Of a DNA stretch of 64,000 bases, positions 1-9,501 are shown one piece after another. The stretch comes from Longimicrobiales bacterium. Lineage in GTDB: Bacteria; Gemmatimonadota; Gemmatimonadetes; Longimicrobiales; Gaopeijiaceae. Below the pieces are notes generated by a model, which saw only the letters and a list, made by a program, of their open reading frames with translations, was not told the origin of the DNA and searched no databases. The stretch's first letter is position 1; each line of letters begins with the position of its first letter. A program made the translations under genes and the position numbers. The DNA is taken from contig CBDFIQ010000001.1 of the NCBI GenBank assembly GCA_965248195.1, positions 576,001-640,000 on the forward strand. The letters run 5' to 3'.

Positions 1-128
1 TAGCCGGCGTCGTTGAGCTCCCCGACGAACTTCTCCGGGTACACCCGCTCCCGGTCGAGACTCTGCCAATATTCGTCGGGATAACGCTCGCAGAGCTTTC
101 GGATCCCGTCCCTCAGCTCCTCTTCCAT
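1..128 (-). CDS. acyl-CoA dehydrogenase, N-terminal part (runs off the window edge)
   Basis: Manual translation from ATG at 128 gives MEEELRDGIRKLCERYPDEYWQSLDRERVYPEKFVGELNDAG, typical of an acyl-CoA dehydrogenase N-terminus. GAGAGG lies upstream. Not in the ORF track. Confidence 0.7.
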   Translation of the reverse strand, partial: MEEELRDGIRKLCERYPDEYWQSLDRERVYPEKFVGELNDAG

Positions 129-315
129 TCCGGCCCTCTCGAATTGGTATCCACGCCCACGGATCGGCTGGTGCCTGATGCTCGGGAGAGTCTAGAGAAT
201 GAACGCGCTCCTTGTCGAGAGCGGTTTTGAATTGACAGTCTTCTGGCTCACGACGACGTTGCCTCGCTTGGGGCGCCGCCCCAGCGGGACGACCGATCTC
301 AAGGCGAGCGCGTCG

Positions 316-1506
316 ATGGGGGAGAAGGAAACACATCAGAGTCCAGAGGCTGGATCGGACGTCGGGGACACCCTTCCCCTGGCAGGAACTCTCGTCGTCG
401 CTCTGGAGCAGGCCGTAGCCGCCCCCTTCGCCACCCGAAAGCTCGCGGACGCAGGCGCCCGGGTCATCAAGGTGGAGCGAGCCGGCGGTGACTTCGCGCG
501 GCGCTACGACGACGTGGCACGAGGCCAGAGCGCGTATTTCGTCTGGCTGAATCGGGGCAAGGAGTCGCTGGTCCTCGACATCAAGGATCCCGAGGACGCG
601 GGCCTCCTGGGCCGAATCCTGGCCTGGGCCGACGTCTACATACAGAACCTGGGCCCGGGAGCGGCCTCCCGGGCCGGCTTCGGCTCTGGAGCACTGCGGG
701 AACGACACCCGCGCCTCGTCACCTGCGACATCAGCGGCTACGGGGAAGAAGGTCCCTACGCCGAAATGAAGGCGTACGACAACCTGGTCCAGGCCGAGGC
801 TGGCATCCATGGGGTCACCGGACAACCAGACGCTCCGGCGAAGGTGGGCATCTCGATCTGCGACATCGGCGCCGGCATGCATGCCTACGGCTCCATACTG
901 GAGGCCCTTCTGCACCGGGAGCGCACCGGCCAGGGAGCGGGACTCAAGGTGTCTCTCTTCTCGGCCATAGGCGATTGGATGAGCGTGCCGTACCTCCACG
1001 CCGTCTACGGCGGGGAGGGTCCCAAGCGGATGGGCCTGAGCCATGCCTCCATCGCACCCTACGGAGCCTTCGCCTCCCGCGACGGTGAGCTGGTGTTGCT
1101 CTCGATCCAGAATGAACGGGAGTGGGAGCGCTTCTGCAAAGAGGTGCTCCAGCGACCCGAGATGGCGGAGGATCACCGCTTCCGGACCGGGGTGGATCGG
1201 GTGCGGAACCGCCCGGCGCTTCGCAAGGCCATCGAGGAGGTCTTCTCCTCCCTGACGACGGTCGAGGTCGTTGATCGCCTGCACGGCTCCAGGATCGCGT
1301 ACGGTCGCCTCAACTCGGTGGAGGAGTTCGCCCGACATCCCCAGCTCCGGGTCATGGAGATCGAGACTCCCGGGGGGACGATCGCCCTCCCGGCCGACCC
1401 GGTGCTCTGGAGTAGCGTCTGTGGACCCCGGCACCCGAGGGTTCCAGACATAGGCGAGCATTCCAATTCGATTCGGGATGAATTCCGGGAGCAGAAGAAC
1501 GGATGA
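316..1506 (+). CDS. CaiB/BaiF family III CoA-transferase (itaconate CoA-transferase-like)
   Basis: Motifs LEQAVAAPFATRKLADAGARVIKVE and VWLNRGKESLVLD. The ORF opens at 199; the start at 316 is inferred. Confidence 0.9.
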   Translation: MGEKETHQSPEAGSDVGDTLPLAGTLVVALEQAVAAPFATRKLADAGARVIKVERAGGDFARRYDDVARGQSAYFVWLNRGKESLVLDIKDPEDAGLLGRILAWADVYIQNLGPGAASRAGFGSGALRERHPRLVTCDISGYGEEGPYAEMKAYDNLVQAEAGIHGVTGQPDAPAKVGISICDIGAGMHAYGSILEALLHRERTGQGAGLKVSLFSAIGDWMSVPYLHAVYGGEGPKRMGLSHASIAPYGAFASRDGELVLLSIQNEREWERFCKEVLQRPEMAEDHRFRTGVDRVRNRPALRKAIEEVFSSLTTVEVVDRLHGSRIAYGRLNSVEEFARHPQLRVMEIETPGGTIALPADPVLWSSVCGPRHPRVPDIGEHSNSIRDEFREQKNG

Positions 1507-3005
1507 GAGTTCCTCCGTCCGAGAGCTCGGTGCGCATCGGACCCACCGGGTCCGTCATGCCTTCGAGCGAGGAGCCGGCGATGCCCCCCGTGCGGACCGG
1601 AAGGCTCGTGGCGGCGGTGCTCCTGGGTCTGGGGGTGTGGCTCCTCCCCGTGCCGGTCGGTGTCGAGCCGGGGGCGTGGAAGCTCCTGGCCATCTTCGTC
1701 GCCACCATCGCCGGAATCATCCTGCGTCCCCTTCCGATGGGAGCGGTCGCTCTGGTGGCGACCGCGGTGGCGGTCCTGTCCCGCACTCTCACTATCGACG
1801 AAGCCACAGCCGGCTTCGGAGCTCCAATCGTGTGGCTGGTGGTGGCCGCCTTCTTCATTGCCACGGCCTTCATCCACACCGGTCTCGGCATCCGGATCGC
1901 GTATCACTTCATGCGGGTCCTGGGAAAGCATACTCTGGGCCTGGGCTATGGACTCGTGGCCACCGATCTGGTGCTTGCGCCGGTGATTCCGAGCAACACG
2001 GCCCGGGCCGGAGGAGTGGTCTTCCCAATCTTGCGGTCACTCTGCGCCTCGCTCCGAGCCGATTCCTCGCGAGACGCACCGGGGGACGCCCTGGGGGCGG
2101 ACGTCGCCGGCTTCTTGACGTTCACGGCCTATCAGGGGACGTGCGTGACCAGCGCCATGTTCTTGACGGCCATGGTGGCGAATCCATTGGCCGTGGAGCT
2201 GGCGGCGCAGCAGGGAATCGAGATCACCTGGACCGGATGGGCCCTGGCCGCTTCACTCCCGGGGCTCGTCAGCCTGGTCGTCGTTCCGCTCTTGATCTTC
2301 TTCCTCTATCCCGTGGAGACCAGGGAGACCCCAGAGGCGCCGGAGCTGGCGCGAAGGTACCTCCGCGAGATGGGCCCCATGGCCCGGAACGAGTGGGTTC
2401 TCCTTGGTGTGTTCGTACTGCTCCTGAGCCTCTGGATCTTCGGCGCCACCCTCGGCGTCGCCACCACGACAGCCGCCATCGTCGGCGTGGGAGTGCTGCT
2501 CGTAACCGGAGCCCTACCGTGGGAAAAGGTGCTGCGCGAGAAGAGCGCCTGGGATACCCTGATCTGGTTCGCCGTGCTCGTGATGATGGCGAGTCAGCTG
2601 GGTGAGCGGGGGTTGGTGGATTGGTTCAGCGAGCACGTGGCTTCGGTGATCGGAGGAGCAGAGCGCTGGCTGCCCGCCTTTCTCATCCTCTCCCTCATCT
2701 ACTTCTACAGCCACTACTTCTTCGCCAGCAACACGGCTCATGTGAGTGCCATGTATGCGCCGTTCCTCGCCGTCGCCCTCGCCGTCGGCACCCCTCCGCT
2801 CCTCGCCGCCCTGGTGCTGGCGTTCTTCAGCAACCTGTTCGCCTCGATGACACACTACGGGACCGCTCCAGCTCCAATCTTCTTCGGATCGGGAAACGTA
2901 GAGGTCGGGACCTGGTGGAAGCTGGGAGCAGTGATCAGCCTCGTGAACATCGCCATCTGGCTCGGGATCGGGAGCCTCTGGTGGAAGGCGCTCGGGATCT
3001 GGTGA
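1503..3005 (+). CDS. DASS family di/tricarboxylate transporter (CitT / 2-oxoglutarate-malate translocator-like)
   Basis: Multi-TM protein with PSNTARAGG, HYFFASNTAH and THYGTAPAP motifs. ATGA overlap with the upstream stop. Confidence 0.9.
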   Translation: MRVPPSESSVRIGPTGSVMPSSEEPAMPPVRTGRLVAAVLLGLGVWLLPVPVGVEPGAWKLLAIFVATIAGIILRPLPMGAVALVATAVAVLSRTLTIDEATAGFGAPIVWLVVAAFFIATAFIHTGLGIRIAYHFMRVLGKHTLGLGYGLVATDLVLAPVIPSNTARAGGVVFPILRSLCASLRADSSRDAPGDALGADVAGFLTFTAYQGTCVTSAMFLTAMVANPLAVELAAQQGIEITWTGWALAASLPGLVSLVVVPLLIFFLYPVETRETPEAPELARRYLREMGPMARNEWVLLGVFVLLLSLWIFGATLGVATTTAAIVGVGVLLVTGALPWEKVLREKSAWDTLIWFAVLVMMASQLGERGLVDWFSEHVASVIGGAERWLPAFLILSLIYFYSHYFFASNTAHVSAMYAPFLAVALAVGTPPLLAALVLAFFSNLFASMTHYGTAPAPIFFGSGNVEVGTWWKLGAVISLVNIAIWLGIGSLWWKALGIW

Positions 3006-3043
3006 CCGCTGATGCGTTCCGACCGAGGCCGATTCCGCCCGGG

Positions 3044-3859
3044 TCAGGACGACGGCTCTTCGACGTCGCAGAGGATCCGCTCGGCCATCAGGATGAGCGG
3101 GCGATCGATCATCTGGCCGTCGAGCGTAACCGCAGACCCCCCCGAGCTCGCGACCGCATCCAAAACCCGTTTCGCCCAATCGATCTCCTCCTGGCTCGGT
3201 AGGAAGCAGTCATTCACGGCACCGATCTGGTTCGGGTGAATGCACAGCGTTCCACCGAAGCCGAGGCGTCGACCGCGCCGGGTGTGGGCGCGCAGCCCCT
3301 CCTCGTCGTCGATTTCCGTCCAGACGCCGTCCACCGGCGGCTGAATACCCGCGAGCCGCGACACCAGGACCAGATGCGAGCGAAAGGTGAGAAGCTCCTC
3401 GCCGTCGCCCTCTATGCCCATGTCGTGCTGGAAGTCCAAGGAGCCGAACACGAGTCGCTGTACGCTCGGCTCGCGGGCGATCTCCATGGCCCGGTGCATC
3501 CCCATCGCCGACTCGATCATCGCAAGGACCGGGACTTCCGGCAGGGTCCGTTCCCCGACGCGGCGCACCTCTTCGACCCCCTCGACCTTGGGAAGGACCA
3601 CCGCGGAAACCCCCGAAAGGCCGGCGAGCGCGAGGTCTTCCTGAAACCACTCGGAGCCGGCGGCATTGATCCGCAGCAGCACCGGGTGGGAGGAATCGAG
3701 CCACGCGGCGACGGCCTCTCGGGCTCCTCCTTTGTCGCCGGGTCCGACGGCGTCCTCCAGGTCGACGATGACCGCATGCGCCTCCGAAGCGTACGCCTTG
3801 TCGTATAGATCCGGGCGGTTTCCGGGGACGAAGAGGAAGGAGCGAGCGATCGGCTGCAC
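3044..3859 (-). CDS. CitE-like CoA-ester lyase (citramalyl-CoA/citryl-CoA lyase family)
   Basis: RSFLFVPGNRPD, DLEDAV, VVLPKVE, GFGGTLCIHPNQI. GTG start at 3859 inferred. Confidence 0.9.
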   Translation of the reverse strand: MQPIARSFLFVPGNRPDLYDKAYASEAHAVIVDLEDAVGPGDKGGAREAVAAWLDSSHPVLLRINAAGSEWFQEDLALAGLSGVSAVVLPKVEGVEEVRRVGERTLPEVPVLAMIESAMGMHRAMEIAREPSVQRLVFGSLDFQHDMGIEGDGEELLTFRSHLVLVSRLAGIQPPVDGVWTEIDDEEGLRAHTRRGRRLGFGGTLCIHPNQIGAVNDCFLPSQEEIDWAKRVLDAVASSGGSAVTLDGQMIDRPLILMAERILCDVEEPSS

Positions 3860-3909
3860 CAAAGAGCGCTTTGGCGTGCGGTCGGATGGTCCGGGCGCCT
3901 CCACCGGGC

Positions 3910-5445
3910 TCAGCCGGTGGGCCCGGCGGGCCCGGAGATCTGCACGAGCCGCTGGCGCCACCTGATGGGACCCGTCTCGTGCACCGAGGAGCCGCTCGCG
4001 TCCACGGCGACGGTCACCGGCATGTTCTCCACCTCGAACTCGTAGATGGCCTCCATTCCCAGCTCTGGAAAGGCCACGAGGCGCGAGGAGCGAATCGCCT
4101 TCGAGACCAGGTAGGCCGCGCCGCCGACGGCCACGAGGTACACGGCCCCGTGTCTCCTGATGGACTCGACGGTGGTGGGGCCGCGCTCACCCTTCCCGAT
4201 CATCCCCAGCAGGCCGGTCCTCTCCAGCATGATCTCGGTGAACTTGTCCATGCGGGTCGCTGTCGTGGGACCGGCGGGGCCCACGACCTCGTCTCGCACG
4301 GGATCCACGGGTCCGACGTAGTAGATGAACCGGCCGGTGAAGTCGACTCCCGGGGGAAGGTCCTCCCCCCGGGCGAGCAGGTCGACGATCCGCTTGTGGG
4401 CGGCGTCACGGCCCGTCAGGATCCGGCCCGAGAGGAGGAGCATGTCACCGGCCTTCCAGTCGAGCATCTCGGCGCGCGTCACGCCGTCCAGGTGCACCGA
4501 GCGGGCTGTGGGCGCAGGCGCCCAGTCGACCTCCGGCCAGTCCGCCGGATCGACGGGCGGGAGCTCGGCCGGCCCCGTGCCGTCCAGGACGAAGTGGGCG
4601 TGCCGCGTGGCCGCGCAGTTGGGAATGATGGCGACGGGCAGCGAGCCGGCGTGCGTGGGGTGGTCGCGGATCTTCACGTCGAGCACAGTGGTCAGGCCAC
4701 CCAAGCCCTGCGCCCCGATTCCGAGGGCGTTGACCCTGTCGTGGATCTCGACGCGCAGCTCCTCGATCCGGTTGCGGGGACCCCGCGCCTTGAGCTCGTG
4801 CATGTCGATGGGGTCCAGCGCCGCCTCCTTCGCGAGGAGCATCGACTTCTCGGCGCTCCCACCGACGCCGATCCCGAGGATCCCCGGCGGGCACCAGCCA
4901 GCCCCCATTTCCGGGACCACCTGCAGGACCCACTCGACCACGTCGTCGCTGGGGTTCAGGGTCGTGAACTTCGCCTTGTTCTCCGAGCCGGCACCCTTCG
5001 CCGCCACCTTCACCTCCACCGTACAGCCCGGGACGAGCTCGACGTGGACGATCGCGGGCGTGTTGTCACCCGTGTTGCGCCGCCTCCCCAGCGGATCGGC
5101 GACCACCGAGGCCCGCAGAACGTTCTCCGGGTCGAGGTAGGCGCGCCGAACCGCTTCATTCACCATCTGCTCCACGCCTCCCGCGCCCTCCCACGATACC
5201 CCCATCCCGATCTTCAGGAAGACCACCACGAGTCCCGTGTCCTGACAGACGGGCCGGTGTCCCTCGGCACACATGCGCGAGTTGGTCAGGATCTGTGCGA
5301 TGGCGTCCCGGGCGGCCGGCGACTCCTCACGCCGATACGCCTCGCCGAGCGCCCGGATGTAGTCACGGGGGTGGTAGTAGGAGATGTGCTGGAGGGCGTC
5401 GGCAACGCTACGGATGAAGTCGTCCTCTCGGATCTTCACGCTCAT
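3910..5445 (-). CDS. class I (Fe-S) fumarate hydratase, possible mesaconase
   Basis: RPVCQDTG, GWCPPG, PNCAATRH, GRDAAHKR, GPTTATRMD. Start MSVKIRE at 5445 inferred. Confidence 0.93.
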   Translation of the reverse strand: MSVKIREDDFIRSVADALQHISYYHPRDYIRALGEAYRREESPAARDAIAQILTNSRMCAEGHRPVCQDTGLVVVFLKIGMGVSWEGAGGVEQMVNEAVRRAYLDPENVLRASVVADPLGRRRNTGDNTPAIVHVELVPGCTVEVKVAAKGAGSENKAKFTTLNPSDDVVEWVLQVVPEMGAGWCPPGILGIGVGGSAEKSMLLAKEAALDPIDMHELKARGPRNRIEELRVEIHDRVNALGIGAQGLGGLTTVLDVKIRDHPTHAGSLPVAIIPNCAATRHAHFVLDGTGPAELPPVDPADWPEVDWAPAPTARSVHLDGVTRAEMLDWKAGDMLLLSGRILTGRDAAHKRIVDLLARGEDLPPGVDFTGRFIYYVGPVDPVRDEVVGPAGPTTATRMDKFTEIMLERTGLLGMIGKGERGPTTVESIRRHGAVYLVAVGGAAYLVSKAIRSSRLVAFPELGMEAIYEFEVENMPVTVAVDASGSSVHETGPIRWRQRLVQISGPAGPTG

Positions 5446-5515
5446 CGCGCCCATCTGTCCTGGGTCCTCATTGCTGTCCGACGTAAACGGCGAATCCCAT
5501 CCGTGACTGAGCACT

Positions 5516-6985
5516 TCAGGGTTGCGACATCGACTCCGTCCTGACCTCGCTGAGCTCTAAACGGTTGACCTCGTCGATGAGATATGCGTAGGCGCGTGTA
5601 GTCGACTCCAAGCCGGTGGGTGGAATAAACTCCTCAGTATCCATGTCCGTATGATAGAAAATGTGGTCGATCACGTGAACTCCAGGCGCTTCCTGATAGA
5701 CCTGCGAGAGCTCACCTCCAGGCCTAGCCTCGGGCCGTTCATACGTCGCGACGCCGAACAAATCGAACCCCTCTACGACCAGGCGCTTGAAGCGGTCCGT
5801 CCCGCTGACAAACCATCGCCTGGCGCCCACTATGTTACCCTTGACCATACCCTCTCCGGATAGATATGTCTGGGTTTGTGAGGTGTGTTCCGCATTGATG
5901 AGCATCGCAGTGCGGGCGAAGACCCCGTTGTCGCGCATCCAGCGCGTTCCTTCGGAACCGACCCTTTGAGGCGAGTCGCGTAACTCCCTGGGCTGTCCCT
6001 GACCTGAGTGGTGGTTAGGCACGCCAACGAACTTGATCGTCCGGCGACGCTGATCTCTTGGAACGCTGGCGAAATACTCCGCGAGCCCAAGCATGGTTGC
6101 CATACCGGCGGCGTTGTCCAGGGCTGCGTCGTAGTGGCCATCCGTGTGGGCCATTACGACGATGTCTTCGTCGGTCGTACCGGGCAGGACACCCCAGACG
6201 TTGGCGGACGTCCGGCCCGTCGCCATCGTGACGTCCAATCGGAGGCGCACTTTCGGCACATGGCCACTCTCCACCAGTTCCCGAACAACGGTGCCGTCCT
6301 CCAAGCCGACTGAGAAGAGCGGCACCGTCACGCCGGCGCTCGAGATAAGCTGACTCGACACGTTGCCGGGCATGGCGAAGACGACGATGACCGCCGCAGC
6401 ACCCCTGTCCTGCGCTCGTCTCATCGCACCGTTCCACACCGCCGAGTGGTTACGCATGCCAGGCGTTGGATTGCTATGAATGAACGCGGCTTTCCCCGTG
6501 ACATCGCGGACAAGGAAGTCGGCCAACGTGCCGAGGCCGACCCACACGGCATCGAGCTCCATGCCGCCGGGTGGCGTGGCCCCGGCCCATTGGACCGGCC
6601 TGGCTGTGGCAAGCGGGACGACGCTCCCCGCTCCGGAGACGACGACTTCCCACGAGGTCGGATACCAGTAGGGCGATAACGCGAACTCTTGGACTCGCAC
6701 GTCCTCTAGCCCGATCTCCCGGAACTTGGTGAGGAGCCATTCCTGAGTTTCTTTGTCCGAGGCAGTGCCCGGGATGCGGCCCCAGATCGCCGTAATCTCC
6801 CTCACGTACCCCTTCAAATGCACGCCATCGATCGTTCCGTACTGTTCCAGGCCGTCCGGCAGAGGCCAGCGGAGATAGGCCTCCTCTATGTCATAGAGCG
6901 GTGGTCCCACAGCTTCTTGGGCCCCGGCCAAGGACGCGAGGCACAGGCACACACCGCCCGTAAGTGTAACAATGCGCTTACGCAT
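5516..6985 (-). CDS. secreted M28 family peptidase with PA domain
   Basis: Signal peptide MRKRIVTL...AGA; AHTDG, ALDNAAG and YHTDMD metal-ligand motifs. Confidence 0.8.
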   Translation of the reverse strand: MRKRIVTLTGGVCLCLASLAGAQEAVGPPLYDIEEAYLRWPLPDGLEQYGTIDGVHLKGYVREITAIWGRIPGTASDKETQEWLLTKFREIGLEDVRVQEFALSPYWYPTSWEVVVSGAGSVVPLATARPVQWAGATPPGGMELDAVWVGLGTLADFLVRDVTGKAAFIHSNPTPGMRNHSAVWNGAMRRAQDRGAAAVIVVFAMPGNVSSQLISSAGVTVPLFSVGLEDGTVVRELVESGHVPKVRLRLDVTMATGRTSANVWGVLPGTTDEDIVVMAHTDGHYDAALDNAAGMATMLGLAEYFASVPRDQRRRTIKFVGVPNHHSGQGQPRELRDSPQRVGSEGTRWMRDNGVFARTAMLINAEHTSQTQTYLSGEGMVKGNIVGARRWFVSGTDRFKRLVVEGFDLFGVATYERPEARPGGELSQVYQEAPGVHVIDHIFYHTDMDTEEFIPPTGLESTTRAYAYLIDEVNRLELSEVRTESMSQP

Positions 6986-7161
6986 GATACATGGTCCTCC
7001 ACGGTGAGGGATGGATGGATATGGGCATCCAAAGGCCCTTCTCACCCGGGAGGTAACAATAGGGCGCGGTGTGGCTGCCCGGAAGGATCGGAGGAGGTCA
7101 CAACGGACTCCTGGAGCCCCTTCGATCCGCCCGACGGCTGCAAGCCGAGAGGTCCGTCCGT

Positions 7162-7830
7162 TTAACGCTCCTCTGGCCACCCCGTGTCGAGCGGCTTCGA
7201 CGGGTCCGGGGTAATTTGCAGATGCGCGCATTTGTGATACGAGTATCCACCCGGATTGTTGAACGCGTGCTCGTCCATGTGCTGCACGACCTGCAGGATG
7301 CACCTCTCGCAGCTGATGTTGGGAAGTGCTATGTCCGCCTCCCAGGGATCCAACCGACCCTCCGGCCGCGTGGGTCGGCCGTCAGCATCAAAACTCGAAT
7401 GGACGAACAGGCCATCGGCGAGCACGGGAATTCGCGGCGGGTCCTGAATTTCAGCCGATACGGACCAAGGCCCCCTCTCGCTATCTCTCGTGGTAGTTAC
7501 CGGGTCAAGCGGCAACTCGCTGGGCGAGTTCACCGCCAACGCTACCCGGTAATGCCCCGGGTGGTACACGGTCTCCTGAATCCTTAGATGCAGATTCTGG
7601 CCCCCTACCACTTGGGTGATGGCCCAGCTCGGCGTGCCCCAATCGGTATTGGTACCGCCGCAAGGGCCTGCTTTCTGCGGGTCCCCGCGGTCGTTCGTGA
7701 CGAGCGTAGGGGCGGGTTCCAAAAGCTTGAAGTGGGGGGAGGTGCTCGGAACCTTGAAGTGGGCGGAGGCACTGGGCGCGGTTATCGCCAGCCCGACAAC
7801 CAGGAGTGGAAATCGAATAGAGTTTCTCAT
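7162..7830 (-). CDS. secreted polysaccharide monooxygenase-like (His-brace, SCE4755-like) protein
   Basis: Signal peptide ending ASA followed by His; GDPQKAGPCGG, ETVYHPGHYRVA, CERCILQ, YHKCA. Confidence 0.7.
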   Translation of the reverse strand: MRNSIRFPLLVVGLAITAPSASAHFKVPSTSPHFKLLEPAPTLVTNDRGDPQKAGPCGGTNTDWGTPSWAITQVVGGQNLHLRIQETVYHPGHYRVALAVNSPSELPLDPVTTTRDSERGPWSVSAEIQDPPRIPVLADGLFVHSSFDADGRPTRPEGRLDPWEADIALPNISCERCILQVVQHMDEHAFNNPGGYSYHKCAHLQITPDPSKPLDTGWPEER

Positions 7831-7950
7831 CGAAACACTTCCTTTGAAGGTGAAATGCGGCGGCGCAAGGGCTCGAGGCATACTATCGCCACGCCGGCAG
7901 TGGTTCAAGAGCGGCCGACAACCACCTTCCCCCCACCCACTGAAGCACCA

Positions 7951-9450
7951 TCAGGTTGGGGAGGTGAGCATCGCACACGCGCGTAGGAGGGCGCGGGCCT
8001 TGTTCAGCGTCTCCTCATACTCCCGTCCCGGGTCGGAGTCGGCCACGACACCCCCGCCCGCCTGTACGTAGGCCGTACCGTCCTTCACGAGCACCGTGCG
8101 GATCGTGATCGCCGTGTCCATCGAGGTGCCGCCCCATCCGAAATGCCCGACCGCACCCGCATAGGGGCCCCTCCGCGTCGGTTCGAGCTCATCGATGATC
8201 TCCATCGCTCGGACCTTGGGCGCGCCCGACACTGTCCCGGCCGGGAAACAGGCCCTGAACACGTCCATGGCCGACAGCCCACGCTTGAGCTTCCCCTCGA
8301 CCTGGCTCACGAGGTGCATGACGTGCGAGTACCGCTCTACAATCATGAGATCGGGCACCGTGATAGACCCATAGTCGGCAACACGGCCGACATCATTCCG
8401 GCCCAGGTCCACCAGCATCCGGTGTTCGGCAAGCTCCTTCTCGTCCGCCTGGAGATCGAGCGCAAAGGCGCGGTCCTCCTCCGGTGTCGCTCCCCTCGGA
8501 CGGGTCCCGGCGATGGGCCGCACCGTAACGAGGTCATCCTCGACTCGCACAAGGACCTCGGGCGAGCTTCCGACGAGTGAAAACCCATCGAGCTCGAGAA
8601 AATACAGATATGGGGACGGGTTGAGCGAACGAAGCACCCTGTAAAGCTCGAAGGGCTCGGCGGGCATGGGCATCGCGAGCCGCTGGCTCAGAACCACCTG
8701 GAAGGCGTCGCCGGCAAAGATGTATTCACGGATCCGTTCGACTCCCGCTTCGTACTCTGCGCGAGTCATCGTGCTGGAAAAATCCGGGTCCTCATTGGGT
8801 TCGGGGCCGACCACCAGCGGTGGCGGCGGAGCGCCCTCGGTAAGCTGCGAGACCAGCCGCTGTGTCTTGTCGGCGGCCTCATCGTACCTGGCGCGAAGCT
8901 CGTCGTCGCCCAAGCCTGCCTCGACCTCGACGGTTGCGATCGCCATGGCACGCCCGAGAAGGTTGTCGATGGCAAGCACGACATCCATGAACATGAAAAG
9001 CCCGTCGGGCAGCCCGAGATCGTCCTCCGTTTCATCTGGGAGCCGCTCGACCTGGCGCACAACATCGTACCCGAAGTACCCTACTGCACCTCCCCACAGT
9101 CTCGGGAGGCCCCCGGTGGCCAACGGTCGCCGGGCTCGCAACCGCTCGTCGAGGTCGGTCAGAGGATCGTCGGTGGCGATCGGTGACCAACCGCCGCCGG
9201 GCGTCCATATTTCCGCCCGGTCCCCATGGAGGCGCCATGCCTGGGCCGGCGCACTCCCCAGAAAGGTGTACCGGGCCCATTGATCGCCCCCTACAACGGA
9301 CTCGAGCAGAAAACCGAAAGGCGGACGACGAATCTTCGCGTAGGCGGTGACCGCCGTATCGACGTCGAACAGGAACTCCCTCCACACCGGGAGGACACCC
9401 GTGCCAGTCGCCTGGGCGCAAAATTCTTCTAGTGTAGGCTTGAGTTCCAT
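7951..9450 (-). CDS. trpE: anthranilate synthase component I
   Basis: LLESV, NPSPY, GSSPE, PIAGTRPRG, EHRMLVDLGRND, GTVSGAPK. Start MELKP at 9450 inferred. Confidence 0.93.
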   Translation of the reverse strand: MELKPTLEEFCAQATGTGVLPVWREFLFDVDTAVTAYAKIRRPPFGFLLESVVGGDQWARYTFLGSAPAQAWRLHGDRAEIWTPGGGWSPIATDDPLTDLDERLRARRPLATGGLPRLWGGAVGYFGYDVVRQVERLPDETEDDLGLPDGLFMFMDVVLAIDNLLGRAMAIATVEVEAGLGDDELRARYDEAADKTQRLVSQLTEGAPPPPLVVGPEPNEDPDFSSTMTRAEYEAGVERIREYIFAGDAFQVVLSQRLAMPMPAEPFELYRVLRSLNPSPYLYFLELDGFSLVGSSPEVLVRVEDDLVTVRPIAGTRPRGATPEEDRAFALDLQADEKELAEHRMLVDLGRNDVGRVADYGSITVPDLMIVERYSHVMHLVSQVEGKLKRGLSAMDVFRACFPAGTVSGAPKVRAMEIIDELEPTRRGPYAGAVGHFGWGGTSMDTAITIRTVLVKDGTAYVQAGGGVVADSDPGREYEETLNKARALLRACAMLTSPT

Positions 9451-9501
9451 GGATCCTGGCAGGCAGTTTGAACAGGCGTCCCGAAGGGGGCCAAGAAACT
9501 T

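Noticed and set aside
3871..5544. Long antisense ORFs such as 3871-5544, 23849-25282, 42090-43223 and 55998-57350
   Set aside because: They are shadows of well-supported opposite-strand genes in GC-rich DNA, with no family motifs except the short BNR fragment listed separately.
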